Part shown: positions 1-8,684 of the stretch, one piece after another
Layout of the letters: the number at the start of each line of letters is the position of its first letter
Position numbering within the stretch: position 1 is the first letter of the stretch
Origin: a virus
Lineage: Duplodnaviria > Heunggongvirae > Uroviricota > Caudoviricetes
DNA length: 20,587 nt
IMG/VR virus record: IMGVR_UViG_3300029862_000030
Span: 1-20,587 of that record
Strand: one strand, 5' to 3'
Notes under the pieces: model-generated
Seen by the model: the letters and a program-made list of their open reading frames with translations, nothing else
Told to the model about the DNA's origin: nothing
Databases searched by the model: none
Program-made: the position numbers and the translations under genes

Positions 1-265
1 TGACCATGCCGTACAGGTTAGAAACCGTCAGCGTGGGGCGCGTACTGGTGCCTTTGCCATTCAGTTCGAAACCACTCCCCTGAATGGGATATGCCTGATA
101 CTGTCGCCCCTGCCAGGTGACCGGCTCACCTTTTTCGTTCTGCTCATTACAGAAAAAATAACGTTCTCCACCAACCTCTGTCAGATCGATTTCCCAGAGC
201 ACCACGCTGGCAGACTGCTCCGCACGGGTGCATTCATTCAGTGTTTCCTGTCGGATATCCTGCAT
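1..265 (-). CDS. Minor tail protein L (lambda gpL-like), partial: the N-terminal part is in the window and the C-terminus runs off the left edge
   Basis: Reverse-complement translation from the ATG at 265..263 gives MQDIRQETLNECTRAEQSASVVLWEIDL..., which matches my recollection of the lambda gpL N-terminus. The start overlaps the stop of the upstream M-like gene (ATGA). Not in the ORF track because it is cut by the window edge. Confidence 0.75.
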   Translation of the reverse strand, partial: MQDIRQETLNECTRAEQSASVVLWEIDLTEVGGERYFFCNEQNEKGEPVTWQGRQYQAYPIQGSGFELNGKGTSTRPTLTVSNLYGMV

Positions 266-606
266 CAGTTCACCACCTGCTCAATCGTACAGCTGAAATC
301 ACTGTACCGGGCGTTATCCGTGACGCTCCACTCCCGACACACCACCCTCACCGTCCGGTTATGTTTCGGCGGTCGCCACAAAAAGGCACGGTAACCACCA
401 TGCCAGGATAAAAATTCATCCAGCCAGCGCCGGGTTGACTCATCCGTCACCCGGAACACCGCCTGAAACGTCTTCAGTTGAGGATTCAGTCCTGTGGGGC
501 GGCGCTGTTCATAACCGTCACCAAACCGAACCCTCACCACCGACGGTTTCTCACTCACCTGCATCCCTTCACGCGGGACCAGATGCAGCGTTTTTATCTC
601 AGCCAC
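265..606 (-). CDS. Minor tail protein M (lambda gpM-like)
   Basis: 113-aa ORF in the track. VRFGDGY, HGG and the C-terminal EQVVN are shared with lambda gpM as recalled. It sits between the tape measure and L, as in lambda. Confidence 0.8.
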   Translation of the reverse strand: MAEIKTLHLVPREGMQVSEKPSVVRVRFGDGYEQRRPTGLNPQLKTFQAVFRVTDESTRRWLDEFLSWHGGYRAFLWRPPKHNRTVRVVCREWSVTDNARYSDFSCTIEQVVN

Positions 607-3600
607 TCAGCATTCCTCCGTCACGTCGCATGGACAGCATCACCGCCTGCACCCGCTGGTCAATCAGCTGCACAAGACTGCCTGCCGCCTCCGGCCCTAT
701 CTGTCCGTTAGCCCCGTCATTCTGAATGGCGATGTGGTAGACCGGGGAATACACCAGACCGGCGCTGCCGTTCATACTGCCCACCGCGCGTACGCCCAGC
801 GAGCCATCCGCCGCCCGGGTCAGGGGCATAATGGCTTCAGGTCCGGCTTCCCCCATCAGCCCGGCCCCTTTTGCAAACGCAAAGTACGTGGGCGTGTCCA
901 CAATGCTGTTGCTGTACGCACTCAGATTTGCCGATGTGTAAACACCACCTTTTGCGTTTGCCACTGCCCCCGAAATCCATCCGCCGACCGTACCAAGCCA
1001 CCCTCCGGCACCGGAGAGTGATTTCAGTCCGTTAACAATGGCTGCATTCATCAGAATTTTTGAAACTTCCCGGAGAACTGAACTCCCCCAGTTCCTCCAG
1101 TCCACAACATTCCCGGCCAGTGCATCGGAAATATTTGATACCAGCCCGTCCATCGTGGAAACGACAGCATCTGCCGCCTGCGAAGCATAATCGGTGGCAC
1201 TGTCTGCCCAGTTCGTCAGCCCCTCTTTGAGCCCGGCATTCCAGTTACTGCGTAAAGCATCAGCCTTTGCATAATAATCCTGCTGATCGCTGAGACGCTC
1301 TTCCAGATATTTTTTATTCAGCTCTTTCTCCTGTTTCCACAGGGCTTCTTCAATTTCTCCGGCCTGATACTGTCTCAGTAGCTCGTTATTTTTCTGCTCA
1401 AACTCCTGCCGGATGCTCCACATTTCCTGAAGTCGTTCACGCATCCGTGAGCCTTCACCATATCCCAGTAACTGAGCCTCATTTGATGCTCTGACACTGG
1501 CATTACTGTCCGCCAGACTGCTCTCATACGCAGCAAGCTGCTCACGAATCTTTTTCTGGTCGATAAGTGCTGCATTCTGCAAAAGCGTTTTTTTCTGCGC
1601 TTCTGACAGGGTTGATAATTCGCCCTGACTGACCTGATATTTCATCTTAGCCAGTTCAGTATTCTGCCCTGCCAGTGCTATCTGTTCTTTTTGCTGTTTA
1701 ATCAGCCGTTTATAAATATCCTCTGTTTTTTCCGCTTCGGTCTTTTTATGCGCTTTGGGTTTATTTGCCTGGTTATTTCGCCATGCATCCAGTGAGTTAT
1801 TTATATAATTCAGTCTTGCTGTCTGATACGCCTCTCCCACAAAGCCGAGATCATCCGCAGCATAACCCAGGCGGGCACGCTCACGAGCTTCCCCCTTCAG
1901 GCGGGACAGAGCCAGTTCGCGCTCGCTGTTATTCAGTGCGGTCTGCTGTTTATCATCCAGGGTTGCCTGTGGTAGCCGTAACGGTACATTCACCAGCCCC
2001 TGTCGCTGCTGAAGTAATTCATTACCGAGCCCGAGAAGGCGATTAAACTCGGTATGCTGCCCATTCATGATCAACAGGGACTGATACGCTTTGTTTTGTT
2101 CCGCTGCCTGTTGACGGATCAACGCCACCCGTCGCTCCTCCAGCCCGGCAAGCACATCCTGAATGGATTGCGCTTTGCCCTGCATTTGAGTGAGGCGAGA
2201 CTGTTCAACTGCCAGTTGATTTGTTGCTTCTGCAAGCCCTTCTGTGACAGTTTTTACCGACGTCATGTGGTTAATCATAAAACCGTTATCGGTTGTCCAG
2301 CCCGGGTTTGCCAGCACATACTGATAGCCAGCAATTTTTTCCTGTAAGGATTTAATCTTACTTTTCTGCTCGTCAATTAACCTGTTTTGCTCCTTCAGTG
2401 CCTGTCGCGTCTTTTCCTCATTATCTGACGCTTCAGGAAGCGACATTGCCGACGTTTTCTGGCGAATTTCGTCGATTGTTGCGGCATACTGGCGTGCAGA
2501 TTCTCTGGCCTGCTCCTGATTCTGATACATCGTGTACCAGGCCGCAGCCCCCAGCATGACGAGTCCCGGCACACCACCAACCAGCCCCAGCGCGCCACTT
2601 AATAAACGACTCCCCACTGACGTAACATTATTCAGCGTTGTCTGTGCCGCTGTTCTGGCCGCAATATTACGGGTAAGTGACACCTGGGCAGCTGTCAGCT
2701 TCGCTTCTGCTGCGGCCTGCCTTTCGGTACCGCGAGCAGCAACAACCGCCTGTTGCGCACGATAAACCGCCGCACGCGCCCTGGCGGTTGCTATCTGTGT
2801 CCCCCGAAGTTGCACTTCAGCAAGAGCCACTTCGTTTCTGGCTGCAGTAATTAATCCGGCAGTTGCAGATCCAGCAGACGACGCCATATTGCCAAAATAT
2901 CGGGCTACCCCGACGGCAACCAGAGCACCGGCAGCGGTTGCCACGGTGTCAATATTGCCTGCAATACCATTCAGCACACCGGAGAGCGTCTTCGTCACTC
3001 CGCTTGCCTCGTTCGCACCACCAACCCAGGCCATAAAGGCGTTTTCAACTTTGGTTGCAGAGGATGAAACCGTATCAGGCATTGCCGCATATTCATCACG
3101 TAATGCCCCAAGCTGACTAATCAGTGCAGGAACAACCTTATCGGCGGTCAACTTTCCGTTATCCGCCATGGCCTTCAGATCCTTACGGGCAACTCCCATT
3201 CCCGCAGCCAGAGCACGAATAACACGATCGCCGTTCTCATTCACCGAGTTAAACTCTTCACCGCGCAGCACTCCCTGCGCCAGAGCCTGACTGAACTGCG
3301 TGATCACCGAACTGGCTTCTGCTGTACTGGCACCGGATAATTTCAGGCCCGTGGAGATCGCCTCGGTGACTTTCAGTACCTCCTCAGAACTGTAACCATA
3401 CTCCCGCATGGAAGCTGCAGAGCGGGCAAAAAGGCTGGCGTTATCAGAAAAAGCCGTCCCCGTTCTCTGGCTGATCGCCATTAATTCACGCTGTGATGAC
3501 TGAAAATCATCACTGGACTGTGAGGCCTGCTTCAGACGGGCATTTACTGAATTCCACTCATCGGCGAGAGAAATAAGATGACCGGTAGCAAAAGCCCCGG

Positions 3601-3832
3601 CAAATGCCCCCGCCATGTTCAGTGCCGAAGATTTAGCTGTATTTATCTGATCCGTCACTTCTGCCAGTGCACGCCGCATTTCACGGGATGCAGCAGCGGA
3701 CTGTCGGCCTCCGTTCTGCATGGTACGGTAGTAATCCTGCCCCATACGCGAAGCCCGGGAGATCTCTGACTGGAATGACCGGGAATTTGCCGAGATTTTA
3801 ATAATCAGTTCACGTAATGTCGCCACACTCAT
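599..3832 (-). CDS. Tail tape measure protein (lambda gpH-like)
   Basis: 1077-aa ORF with long Ala/Gln-rich, coiled-coil-like low-complexity stretches. The C-terminus (NDGANGQIGPEAA...RDGGMLSG) resembles the lambda gpH C-terminus. It lies directly downstream of the G/GT chaperone pair. Confidence 0.9.
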   Translation of the reverse strand: MSVATLRELIIKISANSRSFQSEISRASRMGQDYYRTMQNGGRQSAAASREMRRALAEVTDQINTAKSSALNMAGAFAGAFATGHLISLADEWNSVNARLKQASQSSDDFQSSQRELMAISQRTGTAFSDNASLFARSAASMREYGYSSEEVLKVTEAISTGLKLSGASTAEASSVITQFSQALAQGVLRGEEFNSVNENGDRVIRALAAGMGVARKDLKAMADNGKLTADKVVPALISQLGALRDEYAAMPDTVSSSATKVENAFMAWVGGANEASGVTKTLSGVLNGIAGNIDTVATAAGALVAVGVARYFGNMASSAGSATAGLITAARNEVALAEVQLRGTQIATARARAAVYRAQQAVVAARGTERQAAAEAKLTAAQVSLTRNIAARTAAQTTLNNVTSVGSRLLSGALGLVGGVPGLVMLGAAAWYTMYQNQEQARESARQYAATIDEIRQKTSAMSLPEASDNEEKTRQALKEQNRLIDEQKSKIKSLQEKIAGYQYVLANPGWTTDNGFMINHMTSVKTVTEGLAEATNQLAVEQSRLTQMQGKAQSIQDVLAGLEERRVALIRQQAAEQNKAYQSLLIMNGQHTEFNRLLGLGNELLQQRQGLVNVPLRLPQATLDDKQQTALNNSERELALSRLKGEARERARLGYAADDLGFVGEAYQTARLNYINNSLDAWRNNQANKPKAHKKTEAEKTEDIYKRLIKQQKEQIALAGQNTELAKMKYQVSQGELSTLSEAQKKTLLQNAALIDQKKIREQLAAYESSLADSNASVRASNEAQLLGYGEGSRMRERLQEMWSIRQEFEQKNNELLRQYQAGEIEEALWKQEKELNKKYLEERLSDQQDYYAKADALRSNWNAGLKEGLTNWADSATDYASQAADAVVSTMDGLVSNISDALAGNVVDWRNWGSSVLREVSKILMNAAIVNGLKSLSGAGGWLGTVGGWISGAVANAKGGVYTSANLSAYSNSIVDTPTYFAFAKGAGLMGEAGPEAIMPLTRAADGSLGVRAVGSMNGSAGLVYSPVYHIAIQNDGANGQIGPEAAGSLVQLIDQRVQAVMLSMRRDGGMLSG

Positions 3833-3842
3833 TCTCCGGACG

Positions 3843-3862
3843 AAAAAAAACCGCCGAAGCGG
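3843..3862 (-). terminator. Candidate intrinsic terminator between the GT chaperone and the tape measure gene
   Basis: Minus-strand reading gives CCGCTTCGGCGG (4-bp GC stem, TTCG loop) followed by T8. It lies in the 40-nt gap between 3873 and 3832. Confidence 0.5.
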
Positions 3863-3872
3863 TTATGTTGAC

Positions 3873-4561
3873 TCACTGAGACACTATTAAAAGCGCGTTT
3901 TCCAGTCCGGCAAATGGATCTGAGACGCCTTCTGTCTGCTCCTGCTCCCACTGAAGAAGCGCATCATTCAGTGGCACTTTGACCCCCTGCGCACCGTAAA
4001 CAGCTGAAACAATCTGGGCAGCCCGGATATCAGCCCGCTCGTCACCCAGCGGGCTGAACCTGTCAAATTCTGCCCACATCATGATTTCTGATGCGGACAT
4101 TTCCCGGCGTAACTCTGACAATGTGCGCCCCATCCTGAGCGCCAGCATCATCAGAAAACGCATCCCCGGAAGCGCTACTTTTTTTTAACCTCGCCGGCAT
4201 CACTGATCAGTTCCAGAGACTGCCGAAGAAGCCGCGCATGCACCGGGCCATACACGGCAATCACCTGTTCACGATCATCCTCTGAAAATACGGGTTGCAG
4301 TCCGGTATCACACAGAACATCAATGAACAGTTCAACATCTGCCTCCAGATTTCGGCGGGCGCGCTCCGCAACGGATAACGGTGTCTCATCATCTTTTGCT
4401 TTAACGATCTCCTGCCAGCGCAACCAGGCTTCTGCAGAAGGTTCCCGTAACACAACCGTTGCTCCCTCCCATTCAGGCACATCAACGGTTTTATGGCGAA
4501 ACCCCGACATCGTTGCCAGTGCCAGATTACGGATATTTTTAGTCATCACATCCATCCTCAT
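3873..4561 (-). CDS. Tail assembly chaperone GT fusion, made by a programmed -1 ribosomal frameshift from G into the T frame
   Basis: The slippery heptamer A_AAA_AAG lies at 4184..4178 (minus strand), just before the G stop TAG (4177..4175). Reading in the -1 frame gives KKVALPG followed by MRFLMMLALRMGRT..., which is exactly the 96-aa ORF 3873..4163 in the track. The frame arithmetic is consistent. Confidence 0.7.
4175..4561 (-). CDS. Tail assembly chaperone G (lambda gpG analog)
   Basis: 128-aa ORF immediately upstream of the tape measure. It ends ...GEVKKK with an A AAA AAG slippery heptamer at its 3' end. Confidence 0.75.
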   Translation of the reverse strand: MRMDVMTKNIRNLALATMSGFRHKTVDVPEWEGATVVLREPSAEAWLRWQEIVKAKDDETPLSVAERARRNLEADVELFIDVLCDTGLQPVFSEDDREQVIAVYGPVHARLLRQSLELISDAGEVKKK

Positions 4562-5265
4562 TAACTGACGGTTACAGTGCAGGAAGTAGAGGTCACTTTG
4601 TTAACCGGGCTTGCTGAATCAGAAATCTCGCAGGTATATGCACCCGCATCACCGGATACTGCCGATGCCTTACTGAACGTTGCCGCCGTCTGTCCGGAAA
4701 CAGGAGAACCACCTTTCTTCCAGACATAAGAATAAGGCGGCATACCACCCGCAGCCTCAACCGCCATTTCAAGTTTCGCTCCGGAAGCAACCCGCAGCGT
4801 GCTTTTTAAATTGGCCTTCACTTTCAGCGGCTCTGTCGTCAGCACAGGTTTACCTTTCAGACGCAGGGAAAACGTTGCAGCCACAACACCATTGGTTCCT
4901 GCAGACCAGGTATGCTGACGCACCTCTGCCATAAAGGTAAATCCGTTGCCTGACGGAAAAATAACTTTAAAGCCATACGTGGTGTCATTGTCATAGGCAC
5001 TGCGCAACGCGTTCTGGGCAGCATTCAGATAAAAGTTGCCTGACATGGAAATCTCTGAAGCAGCCCCAAGGCCGTTAATATTTTCCTGCTCAACAGAACA
5101 CAGCGTGGTGACATCAATATCCTGCTTTTGTCCTGCGGTAAACTGCACCTCTTTGATTGTACAGCTCAGGCCAAGATAGCTGGCAGAATCCAGGGTTTCT
5201 GCTGTTACCGGTGCAGACGAAATCATAATTTTCGTCAGTTGCGAACGCTCAAAATTAGAGGACAT
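4561..5265 (-). CDS. Major tail protein with a C-terminal Ig-like domain
   Basis: The track ORF 4561..5316 was trimmed to the internal ATG at 5265 (MSSNFERSQ...), which has a CAGGAGACGAGT Shine-Dalgarno sequence. It sits between the neck genes and G/GT. The C-terminal ~80 aa (EMAVEAAGGMPPYSYVWKKGG...YTCEISD...TVTVS) look like a bacterial Ig-like domain. Confidence 0.8.
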   Translation of the reverse strand: MSSNFERSQLTKIMISSAPVTAETLDSASYLGLSCTIKEVQFTAGQKQDIDVTTLCSVEQENINGLGAASEISMSGNFYLNAAQNALRSAYDNDTTYGFKVIFPSGNGFTFMAEVRQHTWSAGTNGVVAATFSLRLKGKPVLTTEPLKVKANLKSTLRVASGAKLEMAVEAAGGMPPYSYVWKKGGSPVSGQTAATFSKASAVSGDAGAYTCEISDSASPVNKVTSTSCTVTVS

Positions 5266-5282
5266 ACTCGTCTCCTGAAAAT

Positions 5283-5304
5283 AAAAAAACCCGCCAGCGG
5301 CGGG
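5283..5304 (-). terminator. Candidate intrinsic terminator just upstream of the major tail protein gene
   Basis: Minus-strand reading gives CCCGCC-GCT-GGCGGG (6-bp GC stem) followed by T7. Confidence 0.55.
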
Positions 5305-5324
5305 TGGGTAAATCATTAACGACC

Positions 5325-5669
5325 TCAGGCTATTACCTGAAATTCAAGCGTGGCTCTGCTCAGACGGGAGTCAGGATCATACCCCTGCGTTTTAGAAATA
5401 ACGGAGGGTGCCAGTTTTCTTACCGCATCAAGCGCCTGCTCACGAATATTATCTGCGTCATCAGGTACTGTCGCCCAGACATCGATCTGCACGGTAATTC
5501 TGGATTCAGCCTGCCCATCAAGCACATCAGATGCCGTGTCAGACACCACAGAAAACACCAGCCACGGCGGAGATACCGCAGGCTTTCCCTCCGTCAGCGG
5601 GACCACATAAGGATAAACCTGTCCTCCGGCCAGCTGAGACAACAGGGAATACAGTGTGCCCTCCCTCAT
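5325..5669 (-). CDS. Tail completion / tail terminator-like protein (DUF3168-like; functional analog of lambda gpU)
   Basis: 114-aa ORF immediately upstream of the major tail gene. Size and position are typical for this family; the sequence assignment is from memory and position. Confidence 0.55.
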   Translation of the reverse strand: MREGTLYSLLSQLAGGQVYPYVVPLTEGKPAVSPPWLVFSVVSDTASDVLDGQAESRITVQIDVWATVPDDADNIREQALDAVRKLAPSVISKTQGYDPDSRLSRATLEFQVIA

Positions 5670-6115
5670 TTACTTAAGACCTCATCAATAGCCTGATTCA
5701 TTCGCTGTATGGCAACCTGCGCCGCCAGCTCCTCTGTCGTATCGAAAGCCGGACGAATGAATGGATGCGCGGGCATGTTTATCGTTCCCAGCTCCACAAA
5801 GCGCCAGTAAAATGCATTTCGGGGATCGCTGGCTTTCATGCTGTTATCACTGTTTCCGGTTCGCAGGTTCCGTCCGCGAATGTGGACACCCGAGATAATT
5901 TCCCCCCGACGCTTTGAACGCTGAGTGAGAACAACCACATTTTTCTTCAGTTTCCCGGTTCGCTCCGGCGCACGTTCAACAACTGCATCCCGCATAACTT
6001 CAGCACCGGCACGGGTGGCATCGCGCAGAACCTTATTGTTTTCTGCCCTGCTGAGCGCCTCCAAATCCCGTGCAATATCCGCCAGGCCGGAAAAATCAAG
6101 ACTGAAATCCATCAC
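5666..6115 (-). CDS. HK97 gp10-like neck / tail completion protein
   Basis: 149-aa ORF with a 4-nt overlap onto the neighbouring gene. Position and size match the HK97 gp10 family. Confidence 0.6.
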   Translation of the reverse strand: MMDFSLDFSGLADIARDLEALSRAENNKVLRDATRAGAEVMRDAVVERAPERTGKLKKNVVVLTQRSKRRGEIISGVHIRGRNLRTGNSDNSMKASDPRNAFYWRFVELGTINMPAHPFIRPAFDTTEELAAQVAIQRMNQAIDEVLSK

Positions 6116-6450
6116 ACATTTCCCTTCAGGCTGCAGAGCATTTCAAGCCGGGTAGCGCGTGCATCCGGTATTGGTGGACCTTCTATACCCAGAATCGCGC
6201 CTTTGAATGCACCGGTCAGCACTTTCAGACGTGAAGTCGCTGTCACATCGCGCCGGAATCTCATCCAGACTCTGACCGTAGCCTGAGCGGTTTCTGCTCC
6301 GCCTGAGATTATCTCCCTCCCGCTGATACCCTTAACTTCTGCCCATACGGTAGCTCCCTCCGTCACCGTCTCCACCGGATGCCCTGACGGAGAGCGGGCG
6401 GTGGTGACATTCAGAATAATTACGCGATCACGTAATCTGCCCGCCTGCAT
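6112..6450 (-). CDS. Head closure / head-tail joining protein (HK97 gp9-like)
   Basis: 112-aa ORF between the connector and the gp10-like gene, overlapping its neighbour by 4 nt. Assigned by position and size. Confidence 0.55.
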   Translation of the reverse strand: MQAGRLRDRVIILNVTTARSPSGHPVETVTEGATVWAEVKGISGREIISGGAETAQATVRVWMRFRRDVTATSRLKVLTGAFKGAILGIEGPPIPDARATRLEMLCSLKGNV

Positions 6451-6458
6451 GTCTCCTC

Positions 6459-6776
6459 CTACAAAGGAATAAAACGATAAGGCTCCAGAAGAGAAGAAAA
6501 ACCAAACGGGACTGGTGCCTTGCTGACATCTGAGGAATTTTCCCGGTTTTCGTACCAGTGCCCGACCAGCAACATGAGCGCCAGCAAAACATCATCAGCT
6601 ATAAGCACCCCTTCAGGATCACCTTCCGGCACCGTCTCCTCATAAAGCTTACGGTTGATAAAATTTTCTGCCTTGCGGCAGGCAGCCCGGAAATACAGCA
6701 TCAGTAACTCATCATCAGTTGCATCATCTGTATCAATACGGCACTGCGCCCTGAGTTTTTCCACTATTGCTGCCAT
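6459..6776 (-). CDS. Head-tail connector protein (HK97 gp6-like)
   Basis: The track ORF 6459..6956 was trimmed to the internal ATG at 6776 (MAAIVEKLRAQ...), which has a CAGGAG Shine-Dalgarno sequence 8 nt upstream. The first 60 codons of the track ORF overlap the capsid 3' end and a terminator hairpin. Confidence 0.6.
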   Translation of the reverse strand: MAAIVEKLRAQCRIDTDDATDDELLMLYFRAACRKAENFINRKLYEETVPEGDPEGVLIADDVLLALMLLVGHWYENRENSSDVSKAPVPFGFSSLLEPYRFIPL

Positions 6777-6809
6777 CAGAAACTCCTGCCCGCAACACTG
6801 TGCGGGCAT

Positions 6810-6830
6810 AAAAAAACCGCGTCGGCGCGG
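6810..6830 (-). terminator. Candidate intrinsic terminator directly after the major capsid gene
   Basis: Minus-strand reading gives CCGCG-CCGA-CGCGG followed by T7, 20 nt after the capsid stop codon. Confidence 0.6.
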
Positions 6831-6852
6831 TCTGTAACTGAACAACGAGTGG

Positions 6853-8070
6853 TTATTTGCCAGTGAGCGCCTTGATGGCTGCCACATCTTCCAGCACACA
6901 GTCAAAACGATGGAAAGCCAGAAATGCCACCTGATCAAACTCAGCATAACGCTCAACCAGACGTTTCAGTTCCATATAAGTAACGCGGCGAATGATAAAG
7001 CGGTTGAAATCCCCCAGGAAAATGAATTTTTTTCCGGTACCAATCCCGTCAATAGCCTGATCAATAACATAAGGGATCCCCAGCACAGTAGCCGGCGTAC
7101 CGCCTGCAATATCCGGCAGCCATAACGGGCGTTTCTGTCCATCCTCCATCTCTTCAATAGTCTGCAATGTGGCATCATTGAATGCCCAGCGGTATTTCGG
7201 CCCACCACGATATGCCGGATCAATGGCATGTTTCAGGGCATTCATTTCTTTCCAGGTGAAAGCGGCAGAGGCTGCAGTCTGGATGGTTCCCGTCACCGAC
7301 GCTGCCAGCCCTTTTGGCTGTAACGGTGATCCCGTTCCGGTCCCCTGAACCAGATATTTTGCCTCTCCACGACCAATACGCTGGGCAATACGGTTTGCCA
7401 GATAAGATTCAATATCCACCCCACTGTCCTGGAGCAGCTCATTGGACACACGAATTATTTTTGATGACAGCTTTTTAGCCCCCAGAATAGCGGTCCCGAA
7501 CGTCACATCCTGTTCCGTTGCGGCTGTATTTTCCGCCAGCAGTTCGCCCTCTTCAGTCGTGCCATCAGACGTTGACCAGGTGATATCCTGCCCGGTTGAT
7601 GTGGTCAGAAGTTGCGCCACACTGGCAATCCCGCCATAAGCCTTCATGGTGTCAATGATTTTGTTACGCATCTGCGTGGGCACCGTATATCCGCCCTGAG
7701 AATCCGTTGTTACACTCTGAGCCCGCAGTTCACGCATCAGATTACGCTCTTCAGCATTCAGTTCTGCAAATCCGGCACGCAGAAAACGGTTAAATGCCGC
7801 AGCGCGCTTCTCTTCCACCGCCTTTTTCCCGTTCTCCGCCTCATTATTCTGGCGCTCTTCCGGCCCGGACTCATCCACATATGCCTGATCCTGACGGCGC
7901 AACTCTTCTTCACGGGCGATTTGCTCATCCAGCGCATCCAGCTCAGCTTTCGCCCTGTTCCACTCTGCCCGTTGCTCATCAGTCCATGCGTTATCACCAA
8001 TTTTTTCATGCAGTGCACGCATATCCTTTGCAATGGTGTTTCGTTTTTGCTTCATCTCATGAAGTTTCAT
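6853..8070 (-). CDS. Major capsid protein, HK97 fold, with an N-terminal delta (scaffolding) domain
   Basis: 405-aa ORF. The N-terminal ~100 aa are charged and coiled-coil-like (delta domain), followed by a capsid-like body. It follows the prohead protease, as in HK97. Confidence 0.9.
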   Translation of the reverse strand: MKLHEMKQKRNTIAKDMRALHEKIGDNAWTDEQRAEWNRAKAELDALDEQIAREEELRRQDQAYVDESGPEERQNNEAENGKKAVEEKRAAAFNRFLRAGFAELNAEERNLMRELRAQSVTTDSQGGYTVPTQMRNKIIDTMKAYGGIASVAQLLTTSTGQDITWSTSDGTTEEGELLAENTAATEQDVTFGTAILGAKKLSSKIIRVSNELLQDSGVDIESYLANRIAQRIGRGEAKYLVQGTGTGSPLQPKGLAASVTGTIQTAASAAFTWKEMNALKHAIDPAYRGGPKYRWAFNDATLQTIEEMEDGQKRPLWLPDIAGGTPATVLGIPYVIDQAIDGIGTGKKFIFLGDFNRFIIRRVTYMELKRLVERYAEFDQVAFLAFHRFDCVLEDVAAIKALTGK

Positions 8071-8084
8071 CGTCAGTAGTATCC

Positions 8085-8684
8085 TTATGCATTAAGAAGG
8101 GTCAAAAGACGCTCACGCGCCATTCGTTCGTTAACAGCTTTCTTCAGCGCACCACTCGCCCGCGCTTCCTGCCAGGCTTTCATTGAGCGGACACCAGAGT
8201 CTGCGTCCTGATAGGCCGGATATGTCACCGGGCTGACGTCATACAGACGAGAAATGCGCGTGATTTCCCGGATAACAATCCCCTCGTCGTCTTCATACCA
8301 GCTCTCTCCGTCACGGGCGACACGAAACGCGAACGAGGACTGATTAATGTCACCACGCAACATTGGAGACAGCACCAGGTCACAAATAGTCGGAGTATCC
8401 GGTGCAACAATGTCATAACGTAAACCGCGTTCATCCACCGACAATGACAACGTGCCGGCAGAACTTCGTCCGAGAATGAAATTAGGATCATGATTAAACA
8501 AGCCACGTACATCATCATTCAGTACATCATCAAAAGCCCCCGGCTTGATGATTTCACGAAATCCCCACAGAGGTTCTGAACGACTGTTAAATACCGAGCC
8601 ATAGCCCAGAATGTGGGTCGGGGCATTATCATATTGTTCCGCCCGCACCTCCCCGCTGTAACAGCGCGTTTCACGGTCATTCAT
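8085..8684 (-). CDS. Prohead maturation protease (HK97 gp4-like, S78 family)
   Basis: 199-aa ORF between portal and capsid, with the typical size and position. Confidence 0.85.
   Translation of the reverse strand: MNDRETRCYSGEVRAEQYDNAPTHILGYGSVFNSRSEPLWGFREIIKPGAFDDVLNDDVRGLFNHDPNFILGRSSAGTLSLSVDERGLRYDIVAPDTPTICDLVLSPMLRGDINQSSFAFRVARDGESWYEDDEGIVIREITRISRLYDVSPVTYPAYQDADSGVRSMKAWQEARASGALKKAVNERMARERLLTLLNA

Noticed and set aside
6777-6956. N-terminal 60 codons of the track ORF 6459..6956
   Set aside because: This extension overlaps the 3' end of the capsid gene and passes through the terminator hairpin. An internal ATG at 6776 has a good CAGGAG ribosome-binding site and gives a connector protein of the expected ~105 aa.
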